DNA of 64,000 nt from Octopus sinensis. Its lineage: Eukaryota. The stretch covers positions 23,622,001-23,686,000 of the forward strand of contig NC_043017.1 in NCBI RefSeq assembly GCF_006345805.1. The letters are read 5' to 3'. This document shows, one piece after another, positions 1-11,610 of the stretch. The notes below the pieces were generated by a model, which saw only the letters and a list, made by a program, of their open reading frames with translations, made no database searches and had not been told where the DNA came from. Position 1 is the first letter of the stretch, and each line of letters starts with the position of its first letter. Both the position numbers and the translations under genes were made by a program.

Positions 1-908
1 CATGAATAACATGCCATTACTATCTTTTCATTCCAATGAAGGCCTTGAAATGTTAATGGACTAATGGATTTGGGAACCCTATTGTTGTTATGAACTGAAC
101 ATAAAGAGATCAAAGAATACAGTTGTGCTTTTTTTATGACATCTGAAATAAAATGTTCCCTATTTACACAGATACATATCCGTGTGTGTGTCTGTGTGTA
201 TGTGTGAGTGCATGTGTGTGTGCGCGTGCATGTATAAATGTACATGTATGAGTGCATGAATAAATGTAGTAGAAGCCACATATTATTATCGCTTGAGAAG
301 AAACCCTTTCTGATAACAATAACCAGCTGGTAATATTGAGCAGAGGATCTGGTAATATCTGGGCCTTACAAATTAGCATATATATATGCATAGATACACA
401 CATTGCATAATACATACGCACATGGATGCATCTATATATATATATATGCACACACCTGTACTTACACATAGATCCCACCAGCCACATCGACCAAACATAG
501 CACACTATCTCTCCGTCAAGAGATATTACACACCACACATGCATTAACATTAACCACCACTACATACACACACACAGGTACACTTATGAATATTCTCACC
601 CTCTTTGTCCCCACTTGAGTGTCTTTGCATCTCGTCCCTATCTCCACTACCTCCACCCCACACACAAACACACTTATTTCATGATTCTACGTTGTGTGTG
701 TATGTTTGAAATTTTGCTGGAGGGGATCTAGTCTAGAACTTATCGACTCCAGTTCTCCATTAGCATTTATTTTATCGACCTCGGAAGGACGAAAGGCAAA
801 GTCGACCTTAGCTTCATTTGAACTCAAAACGTAAAAAGCAGGTAGAAATGCTGTTATAAGCATTTCATCCGGCGTGCTAACGATTCTACCTACTCACCGC
901 TTTTTTTT

Positions 909-947
<39 letters not shown>

Positions 948-959
948 TTTTCTCCTATT

Positions 960-2950
960 TCTCTCTGCTTGAGATTAATGCGATGTCAGTTTCAAAACAG
1001 ACGATTTATTTTAATATAAACAGAAAATAACGACACTCGCCATCGTTTCACGTTCAACTGGGAAAATATCACTTTCAAAAATCGATTTATTTTGAATTAA
1101 CGTTTCAACAAAAAAAAAAAAGAGAGAATTTCTAATTACCCTCCTGTCAGTCTGTTTCTAATTAGCTTTCATTAAAGCGACTTTCATTTGCTTAAGTTTG
1201 TTGTTTTTACTATATTATTCGGAAAAAAATGCCTTGCACTTTTTCTTCCGGCATTTTACGATCTGAGTTCAAATCCTGCTGAGGTTGACTTCACCTTCCT
1301 TCCTTCCGAGTTCGATAAAATGAAATACCGGTTGAGCACTGGGGCAGATTGTAGCTACTAGTCCCCCTCCCCTCAAAATTTGTTGGCCTTGTGCCTAAAT
1401 CAGAAATCGTTATTATAGTTCAGCATCTAGATCAGTCATGATCAATCAACCATGTGATCAGAGACATTCCAACCGTGAACAGTCCATATTTATTATTTTG
1501 GACAAAGTTCCTCGGATTACATCATGCTTTGTGTCCACTTTTTTGTTTTTACAAACAGCATGTATAATTTGAGGGAGATTTAGCTGCTAGTTTTGCAGGT
1601 GGAGTGACCCTACATAGTTCCCTTGTTGACTCGTTGTAGTTAAGCCCTTGATTATGGTTAAGGGTGCTCCAGCCAGGACCATCCCATCATTTTGCACATC
1701 GAGGACTACGTCATACAATGTTTCCTTGCAATTTTTAGGATGGTGGCCGTATCATTTAAGATAAATCTGACTGCTATTTCTAGCAGGTCAGGTACTGCGT
1801 AGAGGCGCCCTTGTGGGCTCATTATTGGCTTGTCCTAAGTCAACGTGATCGGATATTTATGATTTCATTCCAGTTGTGGCCATCAAGTCATTCTAAGGGT
1901 TGGGCCACATCTTGTCCTTAGTCAAAATGCAATTGTTATTTGAGAGAGATCCGGCTACAATTTCTAGTTGTTCAGGCTTACTCGTCAAAACGCCCGGGTG
2001 TTATTTGAGGGCGATCTGGTTGCTATCTATGCCGGGCGAAATGCGTAGCCGTATTTCGTCTGCCGTTACGTTCTGGGTTCAAATTCCACCGAGGTCGACT
2101 TTGCCTTTCATCCTTTCGGGGTCGATAAATTAAGTACCAGTTACGCACTGGAGTCGATGTAATCGACTTTAATCCGTTTGTCTGCCCTTGTTTGTCCCCT
2201 CTGTGTTTAGCCCCTTGTGGGTAGTAAAGAAATATATTTCTTGTCCGAGCTACTACGTTGGAGGTTTTCTCGTTGAAACGCCGGGATGTTATTTGAGGGA
2301 GATTTGGCTGCTATTTCTAGCTGTTGAAGAGGCTGTGTCGAAGCTCCCGTTGCCGGGTCATTTCGCAGTGTTGTTGTTGTTAGTATTGTTTAAAGAAATG
2401 CCCATTGTTCTGTTGTGTACATACTTCAGTTCCTTAGATGTAGACACATCCTCGTATGCCTCTCCCTTTATTTTCGACAGAAGCTCTCTTGTTTTAAGAT
2501 TCCCGTTTTCAGGCAAACACCTCACGTCACTGACAACGTTAATAACTGGAATCAAAGCACGAATGTCACAGTCTCGCTTCATTTGACACTCGCGTACACA
2601 CCTGAGAAGGCCTCTAACGGGTCACTCGATTTGCTAGAAATAGTAGCCCGAAATTTCTCTCAAATCATACCACACCTTCTTACGCGCGCATGCAATACAT
2701 CTTTTATATTTTATTGTTTCAATCATTGGATTGCGGCCATGTTGGGGCATCGGCTTTTATGGGTTTAATGGGACAAATCGACCCTAGCGCTTATTTTTAA
2801 ACTTTGTATTTATTCTATCGGTGTCTTTTGCCGGACCGATAATTTCGGGATTGTAAACAAACCATTTGGGTTTGGGTGTACTCAAGTCAGTTCGTGATCC
2901 TTTCACCCTGTATAAACACAGGCGCACACACACGCAGATAACCAGTTGTA
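960..2950. promoter_or_regulatory. CpG-retaining region, possible promoter or first-exon area
   Basis: Non-SINE sequence at 960-1260 and 2345-2700 has many CG dinucleotides (e.g. aacgacactcgccatcgtttcacg, ctcgcgtac, tacgcgcgc). Unique sequence further right (e.g. 23690-24300, 30750-31150) is almost CG-free. The promoter interpretation is inference. Confidence 0.3.
2031..2233 (+). mobile_element. tRNA-derived SINE family A, tail type A1, 5'-truncated monomer
   Basis: B-box-like GGTTCAAATTCC, central gcctttcatcctttcggggtcgataaattaagtaccag, tail ...ccccttgtgggtagtaaagaaata. Many copies occur in the window. Confidence 0.85.
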
Positions 2951-4661
2951 TTCTATTAAACTGATCCCAGTAAATATTTCCTGCAGACTAACAATTAGAT
3001 AAAATGCAATGTCAAAGTTAGGTGACTCAGTCATTAATCAAGAAAATTAATTACTGCTCAGTACATTACCAGCTGTGCCAGCCTTACAAAACCTGATAAT
3101 AATATCACAATAAATTGTATTAAGATAACAGTAACAATAATGGTTTCAAATTTAGGCCCAAGGCCAGTAATTTTGGAGAGTTAGGGGTTGGTTGCATGGG
3201 TATATATTTTATGATTTAAGTTTGCTTGTATTTGAAATAATCAAGGACTGAAGTTTTCATTTTAGATATTTGAGAAGGTTAATAAAGTTTGTTGGTTAAT
3301 TATCATTAGTCATGTCCATGCAACATCTTGCAACAAGCAAATCAATTCTATAAATGTTTCCCCAATGCAGCAAGTAAGCTTGCTAATATTGAATTTGTAA
3401 TGTGTTTAGAATAAATTGTGTTTGATTTTATTCCACAGTCAAAGTGTTACATATGTCAACTATACTTTCTTAAGCCCTTTGCTCCCTATGGAGCAGAAGC
3501 AATTGACAACTTTTCTACAGTGTTCTCTACTCGGAGCTATCTTTTCCCCAAAGGAAGGCTTGCCTCTTTCAGGTCTTTTTGGTTTAGAATTGTCATCAAT
3601 GCTTTAACTTTGCTTTTATTCTAGGTAGGTGTATTGGTCCTATGCAAACCCATTTTTACCTCTCTTCTTTGAACTGTCCAGCATGTGAGGCCCTTCCAGG
3701 AGCTTGTACTCCACTGGCATAGCTCCTCTCAAGGTCATTGAGGCACACAAGCCACTTCGCTGCAACAAGAACTGAACTTTGTGGTGGATATGTAGACCAT
3801 AGCAGATCCTAAAACTAGGGTACCACATAAAAAGCGGTGATGTGAGTACTGGTACCATTTGAAAAGCATCCGTGAATATGTCACATAAAAAGCACCCAGA
3901 ACAGTCTGTGGACTGGTTGGCATTAAGAAAGGCATCTAGCCATAGAATCCAAGCCAAAATGGACTATGGAACCTGGTGTAGCCCCTGGCCTTACCAATTC
4001 CTTCAAGCTGTCCAACCCATGCTAGCATGGAAAATAGACGTTAGGAAGCTAGCTTCTTACCACATAGCCATGCCTTTATAAAAAATCCTATCATATTTTT
4101 ATTATTGAATATTTTTAGAAATTATAGTTTCAAGTGGGTTGGTATCAAAAGGTTTTAGAGACTTGAACTTGACTCAGTGAAGCACTAAACTTGACATTGA
4201 ATAAAGCTTGTTGTTAAATAACACACAGCTTCTGATTCCCCACTTCCAACCAAATCAACAATAGCTCATACTCTAGTAGTTGTAGTAGTTGCAAGGATGA
4301 TAATTATAGTAATTGCTACATTTTTGTTTAATTAGGAGCTTGGCTATTTCTCTCATTATTAAAACTGAGATGGTACAACACCAAACTTGGTTTATTGGCT
4401 GTTATTAGTTCAGTATGTCACTAGTCTATGTTGAAACCATGTCAGTAATGAACTGGGAATTGAGCCAACTGTTTAAAAGATAGACTTCCACTGTTAATAT
4501 CTTGAGATAGGCTACAAGGTTTGTTTTAACCAGTTATAACATGATACAGCAAATCTGTCAACTTGGAAATTTGATAAATTTAAGCATTAAACTACGAATA
4601 CTACTACTATTACAGCTGCTGCTGCACTACTACTGCTACTACTACTATTATTATTATTATT

Positions 4662-5762
4662 AAGGCAGCAAACTGGCAGAGTCGTTAGCATGCTGGATAA
4701 AATATTTGGCAGTATTTTGCCCATGGCTGCGTTCCGAGTTAAAATTCCGGCAAGGTCGACTTTACCTTTCATCCCGTCAGGGTTAATAAATTAAGTAGCA
4801 GTTGTGTATTGGGGTCAATCTAATCGACTGCCCTCCCCCTTCCCCAAAATTTCAGGCCTTGTGCCTAGAGTAGAAAGGATTATTATTATTATTAAGGTGG
4901 TGAGCTGGCAGAATCATTAACATGCTGGGCAAAATGCATAGAGGTATTTTGTTCCTCTTTACGTTCTGAGTTCAAATTCTGCTGAGGTCCCCTTCCCCCA
5001 AAATTTCAGGCCTTGTGCCCAGAGTAGAAAGGATTATTATTATTATGACAAAGCATAAAAGTGGTGAGCTAGCAATATCATAAGAGCATTCAACAAAATG
5101 TCTTTCCATATTTCTTTTAGCTGGCAGAATTGTTACATTCTCAGTTCAAATTCTGCCACGGTTGACTTAGCCTATCGTCCGTTTTTTTTTGGGGGCGTGG
5201 GGGTCGATAAAATAAGTACCGGTTGCGTTCTGGATCAATGTAATTGACTTACCCCTCCCCCAAAATTGCTGACCTTGTGCCAAAATTTGAAATCATCATC
5301 ATCATCATTATTACTAAGGTGCGGCAAACTGGCAGAATCTTTAGCACACCAGGCTAAATGCTTAGCAGGATTTCATCCATCTTCACATTCACAGTTCAAA
5401 TTCCATCAAGGTTGACTTTGCTTTTCATTCTTTCAGGGTTCATAAATTAAGTACCAGTGAAACACTGGGGTCGATGTAATCAACTAGTCCCTTCCCCTAA
5501 AATTTCAGGCCTTGTGCCTATAGTAGAAAGGATTAGCATTGTTGTTATTATTACTAAGGTGGCAAGCTGTTAGAATTTGTTACTGCGCCAGACAAAATAC
5601 TTAGCATCTGAGTTCAAATTACACTGAGGTCAATTTTGTCTTTTGTCCTTTTGGGACCAATAAAATAAGCATCAGATGAGTACTGAGCTGATGTAATCGA
5701 TTAATCCCCTCCCACCAAAATCTCTGGCCTTGTGCCTAAGGTAGAAAGGATTATTATTATTA
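4662..5762 (+). mobile_element. Head-to-tail array of about five SINE family A copies (tail type A2) separated by (ATT)n
   Basis: Repeated heads aaggYggcRagctggcaga and tails ccccaaaatttcaggccttgtgcctaNagtagaaaggattattatt, all on +. Confidence 0.85.
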
Positions 5763-5838
5763 TTGCAGCGTGGAAGGTGTTTACAAGCCATTTAAGAAAC
5801 ACACAAAAACCGTTATTCACTTCAACATTTAAATTCAA

Positions 5839-5889
5839 TTTGTCAAAATATTTTCGTCGCTTTGAGACCGCGACCTGTTCACTGACAAA
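5839..5889 (-). ncRNA. Minimal type I hammerhead ribozyme, G3:C8 variant (best-preserved copy)
   Basis: Minus strand reads UUUGUCA-GUGAACA-G-GUCGC-ggucucaaa-GCGAC-GAA-AAUAUU-U-UGACAAA. This gives a 7 bp stem I, a 5 bp stem II and a palindromic helix III. Confidence 0.7.
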
Positions 5890-5908
5890 ACTTCGTGCTG
5901 CATCATGT

Positions 5909-5959
5909 TTTGTCAGTGAACAGGTCGCGGTCTCAAAGCGATGAAAATATTTTGACAAA
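5909..5959 (+). ncRNA. Minimal type I hammerhead ribozyme, G3:C8 variant (stem II closed by G:U)
   Basis: tttgtca GTGAACA G GTCGC ggtctcaaa GCGAT GAA AATATT T tgacaaa. Confidence 0.65.
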
Positions 5960-6896
5960 TTAAATTTAAATGTTGAAGTGAATCTAATGGTTTTTGTGTG
6001 TTCCTTAAATGGCTTATAAACACCTTCCACGCTGCAAGTGTTTTCGTTCCAGCACACGATCTCAGATCAAGTCACTCGCTATGCAAGTACATCTCCGTAA
6101 TTATTATTATTATTATTATAATAAAGAAATCATTATTAATACATAACTGGCAGCTAAACTTGTCCTTATCCAAGTTTATGGCTTGGGCTGAGAATCAAAA
6201 TGAACCATTTTGTTGTTATTTAACAACTCTAAATTCACTTCCCCTGGCTTGGTCTGTTTTTACTCCTTATTATTACATCGTTGACAAGTCGGTAGACTGC
6301 AGGGGCTGCTCTTCACAGGAGCAGCTGTTTGAAGCTGAGGCTAGTTATATATTTATTTCCCTTGCACAGAGCTGAAGGCATCAGATCGTTGGATTTCTTC
6401 AGCTGCAGTGAACCTGAATTTGTTCATGGCAAAATGAATAGAGTCTTACAAATAATATGAGAATTCAAATCTTTAAAACAAACAACCTCCATCATATTTG
6501 GAATTTTGTTTTAATTCACTGTTAATTATGGAATAGATTGTCATTTGTTGTTTCAGTACAGATGTACCAGTGGTTCATCAGTATTTTCCCTTATATCTTG
6601 TTATTTTTGTATTATTAAAAGCACTGGATTAACCATTAAGCAAAATAAACATGTACTTTAGGGCATCGAGGGGAGCGAGGGCAACACAGAAATAGTAACT
6701 GATTTACAATACAAAAGAAATGTATATACATATATATATACACACACACACACATATATACACATATATATATATACACATATATATATACACACATATA
6801 TATATGTACATATATATATATATATATACATACACACATACACATATATACATGTGTATACACACTCACACATATGTATGCACACACACACACACA

Positions 6897-6965
<69 letters not shown>

Positions 6966-8575
6966 CAGCTGAATTATTTAACATTTCAATTCATTTAGTT
7001 TACTTTTGACATATTCTACCAGTATACGAAGTTTCAAATTGTTTGGTTCAGTAGGAAAAATTTGGAAAAATTGGCTTCACAAATGAAAAGATCCTTCATT
7101 TATATTGTTTGTTTCACTCTACAAAAGTCACCATTACTACTACTACTGGTATCACCACCACCACCACCACCACCACCACTACTACTACTACTACTATTAC
7201 CACCACCACCACCGTCTGCTCCACCACCATCTCTGTTACCAGAAAATGAAATTGCTTTATTCACCAAGCACCATGGAGAAATGTTACACTGTTAAATACT
7301 CTGCAAGTGTCTTTTCTACTTCAAATCAAATTGCCTATTTATTTATTTTTCTTTTTGTATTTATTTATTTATCTATTATTTACCACTTTGTTGTTCCCAG
7401 AATCATGCTGTTTACATGTTTACAGCCGTGTTAACAGCAGAAACAACAACAATAGGCAGGCAGTGGAATACTTGAATATTATGTGATCCATGATTGCCCT
7501 GTTAGAATCATTTCAGTTCACCTCTCCTCTAGAATGTTTGTTACTGTTTGTTATAAGGTGGCAAGCTGGCAGAATCATTAACACACCAGACAAAATGATT
7601 AGTGGCATTTAGTATATCTTCGTGTCCTGAGTTCAATTTCTGTCAAGGTCAGCTTTGCTTTTCATCCTTTTGGGGTTGATAAAATAAAGTATCAATTGAA
7701 TACAGGGGTCAATATAACTGACTATTCCTCTCCTCGAAAATTGCTGGCCTTCTGCCAAAATTTGAAACCAATATTTATTATAAGGCAGTGGAGGGCAGTG
7801 AGCTAACAGAATCCTCATCATGCCAGACAAACTGCTTGGCAGCATTTCTGCCAGTTCTTTACATTCTGTGTTCAAATGCTGCTGAGGTTGACTTTGCCTT
7901 TTCTCTTTCTGGGTCCAATAAAATAAAGTACTAGTTAAATATTTGAGTCGATATACTCGACTGCTCTCTTCCTCAACTTTCAGACTTTACGACCACATAA
8001 GCAACTATTTGTCTATAATTGTGCTTACAGTTCCCTATGCACCAATTATTATACACACAACCTTTACAGTCTTCATTATCATCGTTACTGTTGTTACCTG
8101 ATGTCTATAATCACATAATTATTTAATTAATTTTGATTCATTACCAAGCACTTTCTTTGCCTTCAATATATTAGCTCTATAGTGTCTCTGATATTAACAA
8201 GAAAACAACACACTTATGATACTCATCACTTCAAAATTATGCAGAAATGCAGATAACCAGAATGAATATGAATTTCTGATCATGTACTATGCAACCTCAC
8301 AATTTATCATCAGTCCTCAGTTTAATTCCAAAGGTCAACAAACATATCAAGTGCTAATAACCTCTTCTTTTGAAGACTATCAAGAAATGCACGATTTTCT
8401 CTCTTTTCTTTTCTTTTCTGTCAACTGTCCCCAATTGGACTTCTTACACACTTACCTATAAATTCTGAAAAACAAATCACCTGTACTGCACTTTGTGTCC
8501 AGCCTATGAAATCTGAATAACTTAATGTAGAGTGCCAGTTATTGTAGCATTCTGTCTGTCTGTCTGTCTGTCTGT

Positions 8576-8613
<38 letters not shown>

Positions 8614-8680
8614 CTAAAAACATATGCTTAGATATCCATCCATCTATCTATCTGTCTGTCTTTCTCTTTAGACACACACA

Positions 8681-8711
<31 letters not shown>

Positions 8712-9067
8712 CACAGTGACGATGTGCTTCTACCAGTTTCTGTCTACCAGATCCACCCACAAAGCTTTGGTGGTCAGCCTGAGGCTATAGTAGAAGACAC
8801 TAAGAGTGCCATGCAGTGGGACTGAACCCAAAACCACATGGTTGAGAAGTGAACTTCTTAACCACACAGGGCCATGCCTGTGCTTGTACTCGTGTTTCAC
8901 TCCATTCTTTCCTAACAACTACCTCAAATGTGTGAGTGTGTGTGTGTGTGTTTGATCTTTTTGTTGATTAGCCCCTCACTGGCCCCACTAAAGCAGATCT
9001 GTGATCAAAAGATTCCATTTGTGAATATCCTGTTTTACCTCATCCATTTTGAATCTAAGATTATGTA

Positions 9068-9283
9068 CGAGGGGGTGCTGAAAAGTTCCTGGCTTTAAGG
9101 GTATCACAAAAGGCCCGGTTACAGGCCCAAAGTTCTAAGTTCTTTTACAGGGTAGGAAAAACTGAAGGTCCACTGCAATTTCTGTGTGAATCTGAGAGGG
9201 GATTATGTTGAATAAAATCATAAGTAACTGATCCTCTTGTATTTTCTTTTATCCAAATCTAGGAACTTTTCAGCAGCCCCTCG
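9068..9283. mobile_element. Tc1/mariner-type MITE
   Basis: Left end TA-cgagggggtgctgaaaagttcctgg. Right end ctaggaacttttcagcagcccctcg is its inverted repeat. Confidence 0.75.
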
Positions 9284-9327
9284 GGTTTATGTATGTGTGT
9301 GTGTGTGTGTGTGTACATACGTACGTA

Positions 9328-9528
9328 CAAGGATGTGCTGAAAAGGGGATAATGAAAAGCCTAATTGGAGACCCGCCCTTCCAAGTTCTTTTTCAGGGCT
9401 TAGAAAAACTGAAGGACCGCTGCAACAAGTGTGTGAATCTGAGAGGGGAATATGTTGAATGAAATCATAATTAACTGATCCTCCTATATTTGCTTTTACC
9501 CAAAGCCAGGAGCTTTTCAGCAGCCCCT
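9328..9528. mobile_element. Second, more diverged copy of the same mariner-type MITE
   Basis: TA-caaggatgtgctgaaaa ... ccaggagcttttcagcagcccct-TA. The interior is homologous to 9068-9283. Confidence 0.7.
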
Positions 9529-9722
9529 TACATTCTTTCTTTCTAAAGTCAGTGGAATGAATTACTGTGTCTAGGCTGTAAAAAATTTGACAATAACAGT
9601 TTTGCTTATTAAACTTTAGGCCAATTCATTTCAAACCATGGCAAATCTCTGTCAATTACCTGCCATAAAATGCATGAAATGTGCCCAGCTGGCATAATAT
9701 GAATATTAGTAACATCGCTTAA

Positions 9723-9942
9723 CCCTTTTGACACCAACCCAGCTGAAAACACCTTTGGCTCTGTAGTACAAATGTCTTGTTTTCAAAAATTCTAAATTAC
9801 AATCTTTCACCAAATCTTTCTTAATCACAATTTATGTTCCTAACACTAGCTTAATGATAACTAAGTTATTTTTCTAAATTCTTTGTTTTACTAACTTCTT
9901 TGAAACACAGAACATCTCAACAGAAATATGGTGACAAAAGGG
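9723..9942. mobile_element. piggyBac-like MITE
   Basis: TTAA-cccttttgacacc ... ggtgacaaaaggg-TTAA. TTAA TSD with CCC/GGG termini. Confidence 0.8.
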
Positions 9943-10032
9943 TTAACTTATTTTGTATGAACTAATGTGGTGTCAAATATAATTTTACTATTCACTTGAA
10001 ATGGATTTACTTACAATATAGATGATATTATA

Positions 10033-10064
<32 letters not shown>

Positions 10065-10137
10065 ACAAGTATATAAAAAAAAACGTGTTTTCTTAGATTT
10101 GTAAATTATGTCTTGCTTCAAGACAACAGGTGTTTAA

Positions 10138-10361
10138 CTCTATTGTTGTCATATTTCTGTTGATATACACTGCCTTCATGTTAATTAATTTTGGAAATAA
10201 AGAAGAAGAATTTAGTAAAATGGTTTTGTAATTATCACTCTAGTGTTTGGAAGATAAACTGAGCTGATATTTTAATGGAAGTTTTATAATTTAGGTTGCT
10301 TTAGAATGGAATTTGTATGCTAGATCTAGGAGTGGTTTCAGGTGGGTTTGTATCAAAAGGG
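10138..10361. mobile_element. piggyBac-like MITE (diverged left end)
   Basis: TTAA-ctctattgttg ... gtatcaaaaggg-TTAA. Confidence 0.65.
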
Positions 10362-10365
10362 TTAA

Positions 10366-10581
10366 CCCTTTTGCATTGAAACTGGCCATATCTGGCCAAA
10401 ATATTCTGTCTTTTTTATGTTCAAACTGACCAGATCAAGCTTCTCACACCTACACTACAATGTCATTATAAAAATAAACAATCACATCATCGAAATCTCA
10501 AAGCTACAAGCTAATGCTGGATAAATTCAAAGCAATATGAATAAATAAGCAACAGATTTGACAAAGCTGAATGCAAAAAGG
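10366..10581. mobile_element. piggyBac-like MITE, second internal type
   Basis: TTAA-cccttttgcatt ... aatgcaaaaagg-TTAA. It shares the TTAA at 10362-10365 with the preceding element. Confidence 0.75.
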
Positions 10582-10667
10582 TTAAGATGAATCCTGGTTT
10601 AGAGATGATCAGGTTTGATCCTATAAACTACCATATATGGTAACAAAATACAAGATATTATGTTTAA

Positions 10668-10887
10668 CCCTTTAGTGTTCAGATTACTTTATCAAATGGA
10701 ATACTTATTTATTCACATTGCTTTGAATTAACCATGCATTATCTTATAGCTTTGAGATTTCAGTTATATGACTGTATATTTTTTAGACTAACATTGTAGG
10801 GTAGATGGGAGAGACCAGATTTAGCCACTTTGAAGATAAAATAGGAAGGATATTTGGCCAGATGTGGCTGGTTTGAATGCTAAAGGG
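10668..10887. mobile_element. piggyBac-like MITE, opposite orientation to 10366-10581
   Basis: TTAA-ccctttagtgttc ... gaatgctaaaggg-TTAA. Confidence 0.75.
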
Positions 10888-11573
10888 TTAATGTTTATTG
10901 ATTCTGCTCATCTGCAGTCTTCAATGCAAAAGAAAATATAGCACAAAGTAAGTTTGGTAGGCAATGTGTTATGGCCATGCTACAGCAGTTGCTACTTGTT
11001 TGTTGCACATACGGATCAACACTGATTTCGACAATGTGTGTTCTAGTTGTTTGATTAACAGAGCTATACTACCCACACATTAAATTCAAATATATGTGGC
11101 GGAATATTCTTCAGGCACCTGCATCGTAATTCTCAGGTAGAATCTGTGTGGCTTAGTCTGTCACAAAGCTGGTTCTTTGAATTACAAGTGAAGCCTACCT
11201 ATCTGCTTTCTAATTAATTTCTGTCTTCACAATTTCCTGCTGACAGCAATCCTGTCTTAATTTCCTCCTATCTAAGACACACTGACGTGCAAAAAACAGA
11301 TGTTGGCAATGAAACAAATGAATACTGAACAATGTTTGTGTGATTGTCATCATCATCATCACCCTCATCATCATTGTCATCATCATTTAACATTCATTTT
11401 TCCAGGCTGGCATGGGTTGGATGAAATTTGTCAAGGTAGGTTTTCTACAATTGGGTGCTCTTCCTCTTCCCTATCCTCACCTGTTTCCATGTATGGTAAT
11501 ATTTCCCATGACCTGTTTCTGTTTGCATGACAGTGACATTCATTTACAACTATCTTATGATGTCAAGGCAAGG

Positions 11574-11610
<37 letters not shown>

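Larger units (their letters stand above)
5763..6100. mobile_element. Penelope-like or retrozyme-like repeat (family P1) with inverted 5' duplication, inside (ATT)n
   Basis: 5763-5891 is the reverse complement of 5907-6037. The + arm matches the stand-alone copy at 29275-29481. ATT repeats flank both sides. The class assignment is inferred from the hammerhead motif and inversion. Confidence 0.65.

Noticed and set aside
3416-3624. Two overlapping short ORFs after an acceptor-like site
   Set aside because: No identifiable protein and no consistent exon frame with other candidates.
5701-6057. ORFs across the foldback element
   Set aside because: They are by-products of the repeat and its inversion, with no RT or GIY-YIG motifs.
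6306-6326. Short hairpins (gctgctc/gagcagc here; ggtggttagat/atctaccacc near 13377)
   Set aside because: Stems of 7-10 bp are expected by chance in 64 kb.
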